A stretch of DNA of 37,178 bases from a virus (taxonomy: Duplodnaviria > Caudoviricetes), in the IMG/VR virus record IMGVR_UViG_3300012855_000006, positions 1 through 37,178 of that record. One strand, given 5' to 3'. The position numbers were made by a program, and so were the translations under genes. Numbering within the stretch: the first letter of the stretch is position 1; each line of letters begins with the position of its first letter. Positions 35,569 to 37,178 of the stretch are shown piece by piece. Below the pieces are notes generated by a model. The model made no database searches and had not been told where the DNA came from. It was given only the letters and a program-made list of their open reading frames with translations.

Positions 35569-35719
35569 GATTCTGGAATACGCCACGTCCGGGTTCTGGC
35601 GCTTCATCGGGTGTTTCATTCTGCTGGCCTTGGCTGGGCAGGTGACGCTTGGGCTGGGCTCGCAATTAGTGCGGCTGATCGGCGTCATGATCCATAAGCC
35701 GGATCGGGGGGCGTCATGA
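35561..35719 (+). CDS. Small membrane protein
   Basis: MLEILEYATSGFWRFIGCFILLAL...; GAGG RBS. Confidence 0.6.
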   Translation: MLEILEYATSGFWRFIGCFILLALAGQVTLGLGSQLVRLIGVMIHKPDRGAS

Positions 35720-35976
35720 CCTCTGCCCCGGTCATCCTGAACATGACCAAGCTCGGATTCCGGCGCACTGAGGCGGCCGCATTCATTGGCGTGTCCGCTT
35801 CCAAGTTTGACCAGATGGTCAAGGCGGGGGATATGCCCGAACCGCATCGCATAGGTGGCGTGGTGATCTGGCGCGGGGATGACCTGCTCGCCGCCTTCAA
35901 CCGCTTGACGGGGCGCGGTGACGATGGCGAGGTGTCGCCTCAAGACGCATGGGATAAGGCCGTTGGGCTCGGTTGA
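35716..35976 (+). CDS. xis: Excisionase / AlpA-like HTH
   Basis: RTEAAAFIGVSASKFDQMVKAGDMPEP.RIGG..IW; immediately upstream of the integrase. Confidence 0.85.
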   Translation: MTSAPVILNMTKLGFRRTEAAAFIGVSASKFDQMVKAGDMPEPHRIGGVVIWRGDDLLAAFNRLTGRGDDGEVSPQDAWDKAVGLG

Positions 35977-37048
35977 TCTGCCATATATCCAGAAGAAGAC
36001 CAACGCCCAGGGCCGCACCTACTGGTTCTATCGGCGCAATGGGCGCTATGTGACCCTGCCCGGCCTGCCCGGATCCGATGAATGGCTCGCCGTCTACTGG
36101 TCCGAGCGCCAGAAGGATGACGCCAGCAAGGCCCGTGCGGACAAGCAGACCCGGACCAAAGACCGCACCTTCAACCGCCTGTCGCTGGAATTCTTCAACT
36201 CGCCGGGCTTCAAGAAGCTGGCCGCATCCACGCGCCGGGCCTATCGCTCCAACCTGTCAGGCTTCCTCGAGCAATATGGCCACCTTCCCGTTCCGGGCGT
36301 GAAGTTCCAGCACATCAACAAGATTATCGGGGATATGGATGATCGCCCCGGCGCCGCGAACAATCTGCTCAAGCGACTGCGGGAGATGTTCAAACTTGCC
36401 CGCCGTCTCGAATGGATCGACCGTGACCCGTCCGAAGGGGTAAGCTTCTACCGGCTGGGCGAAATCCACACCTGGACTGATGACGAGATCACGCAGTTCT
36501 GCAAGCGATGGAAGCCGGGCACGACCCAGCGCCTCGCCTTCATGGTTCAGCTCCACACCGGCCAGCGCAACAGCGATGTGGTGAAAGAGCCTTGGCCGCG
36601 TGATGGCGAGATACGGGTGACGCAGGTCAAGACCGGCGCGCATCTGTGGATACCGGTGATGCCAGAGCTCGCTGAAGAGCTTTCCCTACACCAGAGGCGT
36701 CACGCACTCATTCTGGCGACCGACAGCGGCCGGCCCCGCTCCACAGCCGGGTATGGCAACATGATGCGCGCCGCGATCCGTGAGGCGGGCCTGCCCGCGC
36801 GCTGCACGCCCCACGGGCTGCGCAAGGCGGCGGCGGCGCATCTGGCCGAAGCAGGCTGCACCACGCGCGAAATCATGGCCATCACGGGCCACGCAACGCT
36901 TGCAGAGGTGGAGAGATATACGCGGGCCGTCGATCAGCGTAGACTGGCCAAGGACGCGACCGCGAAACGCAGCGCGAACACGCGAGTGGGAACGACCGCT
37001 AAAGATAGTGGGAACGATCCCAAAACACCAACCCAATCAACTAACTAG
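35924..37048 (+). CDS. int: Tyrosine integrase
   Basis: TGQR, QVKTG, HGLRK, TGH and RY catalytic motifs; N-terminal arm-binding-like YWFYRR...LPG.PGS. Start codon uncertain. Confidence 0.95.
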   Translation: MARCRLKTHGIRPLGSVDLPYIQKKTNAQGRTYWFYRRNGRYVTLPGLPGSDEWLAVYWSERQKDDASKARADKQTRTKDRTFNRLSLEFFNSPGFKKLAASTRRAYRSNLSGFLEQYGHLPVPGVKFQHINKIIGDMDDRPGAANNLLKRLREMFKLARRLEWIDRDPSEGVSFYRLGEIHTWTDDEITQFCKRWKPGTTQRLAFMVQLHTGQRNSDVVKEPWPRDGEIRVTQVKTGAHLWIPVMPELAEELSLHQRRHALILATDSGRPRSTAGYGNMMRAAIREAGLPARCTPHGLRKAAAAHLAEAGCTTREIMAITGHATLAEVERYTRAVDQRRLAKDATAKRSANTRVGTTAKDSGNDPKTPTQSTN

Positions 37049-37169
37049 GAAAGGGGTGGTGAGCCGACAGGAAGGGCCACAAGTTAGGCTTTTCAAGAGC
37101 TTACCACCTTCTCACCATGGGAACGACTGGCAAGCATCACAGTGAGTTATCCGGCAAGTGGGAACGACC
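36985..37169. other. Putative attP: four arm-type direct repeats flanking a tRNA-3'-like core
   Basis: TGGGAACGA at 36987, 37009, 37118 and 37159; the core on the minus strand reads TTCCTGTCGGCTCACCA (about 37056-37072). Confidence 0.7.
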
Positions 37170-37178
37170 GGGCCCCAA

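Larger units (their letters stand above)
1..37178. mobile_element. Temperate lambda-like siphovirus of an alphaproteobacterium (most of the genome)
   Basis: Contiguous tail, head, packaging, replication, immunity and integration modules; no host genes seen. Confidence 0.95.

Noticed and set aside
36985-37169. TGGGAACGA repeats as a mini-CRISPR, or the core as a complete tRNA gene
   Set aside because: The repeats are 9-13 bp with irregular spacing beside an integrase; only about 17 nt resemble a tRNA 3' end and no cloverleaf can be built.
1-37178. Lysis cassette, DGR/reverse transcriptase, DNA methyltransferase
   Set aside because: No endolysin, RT or MTase motifs were seen; lysis genes probably lie outside the window.

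Overview
About 37 kb of a GC-rich, lambda-like (cos-type, non-contractile tail) temperate phage of an alphaproteobacterium. The host is inferred from a GapR/DUF2312 homologue, the Cro and integrase types, and gene style. The minus strand carries, from right to left: cro, a CII-like regulator, an HNH nuclease, DnaB, an HTH-HNH protein, a replication initiator with internal iterons, a dATP/dGTP diphosphohydrolase-like protein, a NusG-family late antiterminator, a cos-like site, TerS/TerL, gpW, portal, a protease-capsid fusion, head-tail and tail genes with a G/GT -1 frameshift, tape measure and tail tip. The plus strand carries the CI repressor, an accessory cassette and the early-left operon ending in xis-int. 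Four 16-bp operators define OR and OL. The right end has arm-type repeats on both sides of a tRNA-3'-like core, so it looks like an intact attP (excised or circular genome) rather than a prophage junction. Lysis genes are not in the window. The best candidates for new biology are (1) a RelE-like / XRE-HTH / DUF6941-like triad in the rexAB position, resembling a toxin-antitoxin-chaperone system with a non-SecB third component, (2) a lower-GC moron inside the tail-tip operon, (3) an autoregulated 29-aa membrane peptide + HTH cassette antisense to the late transcript, and (4) a DEDDh exonuclease with most catalytic residues replaced. Family assignments come from motif recognition by eye; no database searches were run.
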